Source: Fimicolochytrium jonesii
Lineage: Eukaryota
DNA length: 64,000 nucleotides
Assembly (NCBI RefSeq): GCF_025526975.1
Contig: NW_026515677.1
Location: forward strand, 744,001-808,000
Direction: 5' to 3'
The notes beneath the pieces were generated by a model. The model worked only from the letters and a program-made list of their open reading frames with translations, was not told the origin of the DNA and searched no databases. This document shows, one piece after another, positions 63,003 through 64,000 of this stretch. How positions within the stretch are numbered: the first letter of the stretch is position 1; each line of letters begins with the position of its first letter. The position numbers were made by a program, and so were the translations under genes.

Positions 63003-64000
63003 ATAAACATCACACCCTACACTATGATATTCGCAACAATGCCCCGCCCCATCAATGCACCGCACTTACGGTCGACCCCCTCTCACACAACACCGCTCGA
63101 CTGCCAACGAATGTTTAACCCCCGCCCTTAATTTGACACTGGAGCTACAAACCTGCCTTACCAACCGGCAAGGATTCTTGGCCTTTCGACAAACCGTTCT
63201 TTTCTTGCACACAGACTTTTTCCTTTTCCGACGAACTTTGTTCCTTTCTTGTACTCATCTTTTCACATCCGCTTGTGACCCTCTTCTTGTCCCCATACTT
63301 CTCTTTTTCGCCTTGACCCCCGTGGCTGCATCGCAGCCCCCGTTAATTCTTGTACACACCACCGTTTTTCACCATCCTGTGCTGGACACCGACCTAATCG
63401 ACTCTCACTGGGACACTTATTTATTCACCCCCGTTTCTCTTTCGAACTCTCTTGGTGCGATATGTGTACGAGACTACTTCCTTTTAGTTTGTTGTTTGTT
63501 GTGGTATACCCGTGTCTTTGGACTTTCTTGTATTCTTTCTCGTGTTTTGTGCTTGGGGCTTTTATTGCGCTTTTTTCAAAGTAAATAATTTCGATGCGTT
63601 TTCTATGGATGCTTTTGACGTGGTTTTGTCTGGACGGTTGTATCGGGTGGAGCGCGGATATGGCTTTCCTCGGCGTCCTGGCCCTCGAGCAGACATGTAA
63701 CAGCCCGCCGCACACAATCTGGCTAACCTCTCGTCCCGACCGGCGTTGATGTGCACTCGCTTGACCTTTGCTTTGATGTACCTCCGTCGCCTCAACACGG
63801 GTGAGCCGTTGAGCTTCGTCGCACATTCCTGTCAATAACCCCGTCAACCGTCATAACGTAATCCAGTTCCGCCCGATGTTTTGACAGCATGAGGCGTCAC
63901 ACTTTGTTGATTTCTCACCGCCTGTTTGCACAATTCCATGGTTTGATCCTGCCTTGGGTTGATATTGAGAGACGCAACCCCATATCACCACCCGCAGACT

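Overview
This is eukaryotic, intron-rich fungal DNA, most likely from a flagellated chytrid. That is an inference from the co-occurrence of a T-box gene, ARL3, Gemin2, a fungal CLN/Puc1-type cyclin and fungal-type chromoviruses. Bases 1-18220 are a nest of decayed Ty3/Gypsy LTR retrotransposons: families A, B (three copies) and C, plus two LTR-only families, D and E. The nest ends sharply at an LTR terminus. Bases 18221-64000 are compact host DNA with about 18 genes: Tra2-like RRM, BC-box/LRR, MRPL6, a hypothetical protein, ALG14, RPC5, a micro-protein, KGD4/MRPS36, a T-box factor, a sigma-like GST, F-box/LRR, Raptor/KOG1, ARL3, an EED/LRWD1-like WD40, PRS5-like, Gemin2, Rab6 and a G1/S cyclin. 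A Tc1-like MITE is also present. The best leads are: (i) a B sub-lineage that lost the integrase core and chromodomain and has a shared RT stop, yet sits as two independent insertions, both inside other elements' LTRs; (ii) a fungal T-box with atypical DNA-contact residues and T-box sites in its own 5' region; (iii) an EED-like WD40 apparently lacking the methyl-lysine cage; (iv) alternating C-rich/G-rich blocks in genes; (v) recurrent intergenic TACAGTA. All gene models and alignments were made by eye, with no database searches, so exon boundaries are approximate.
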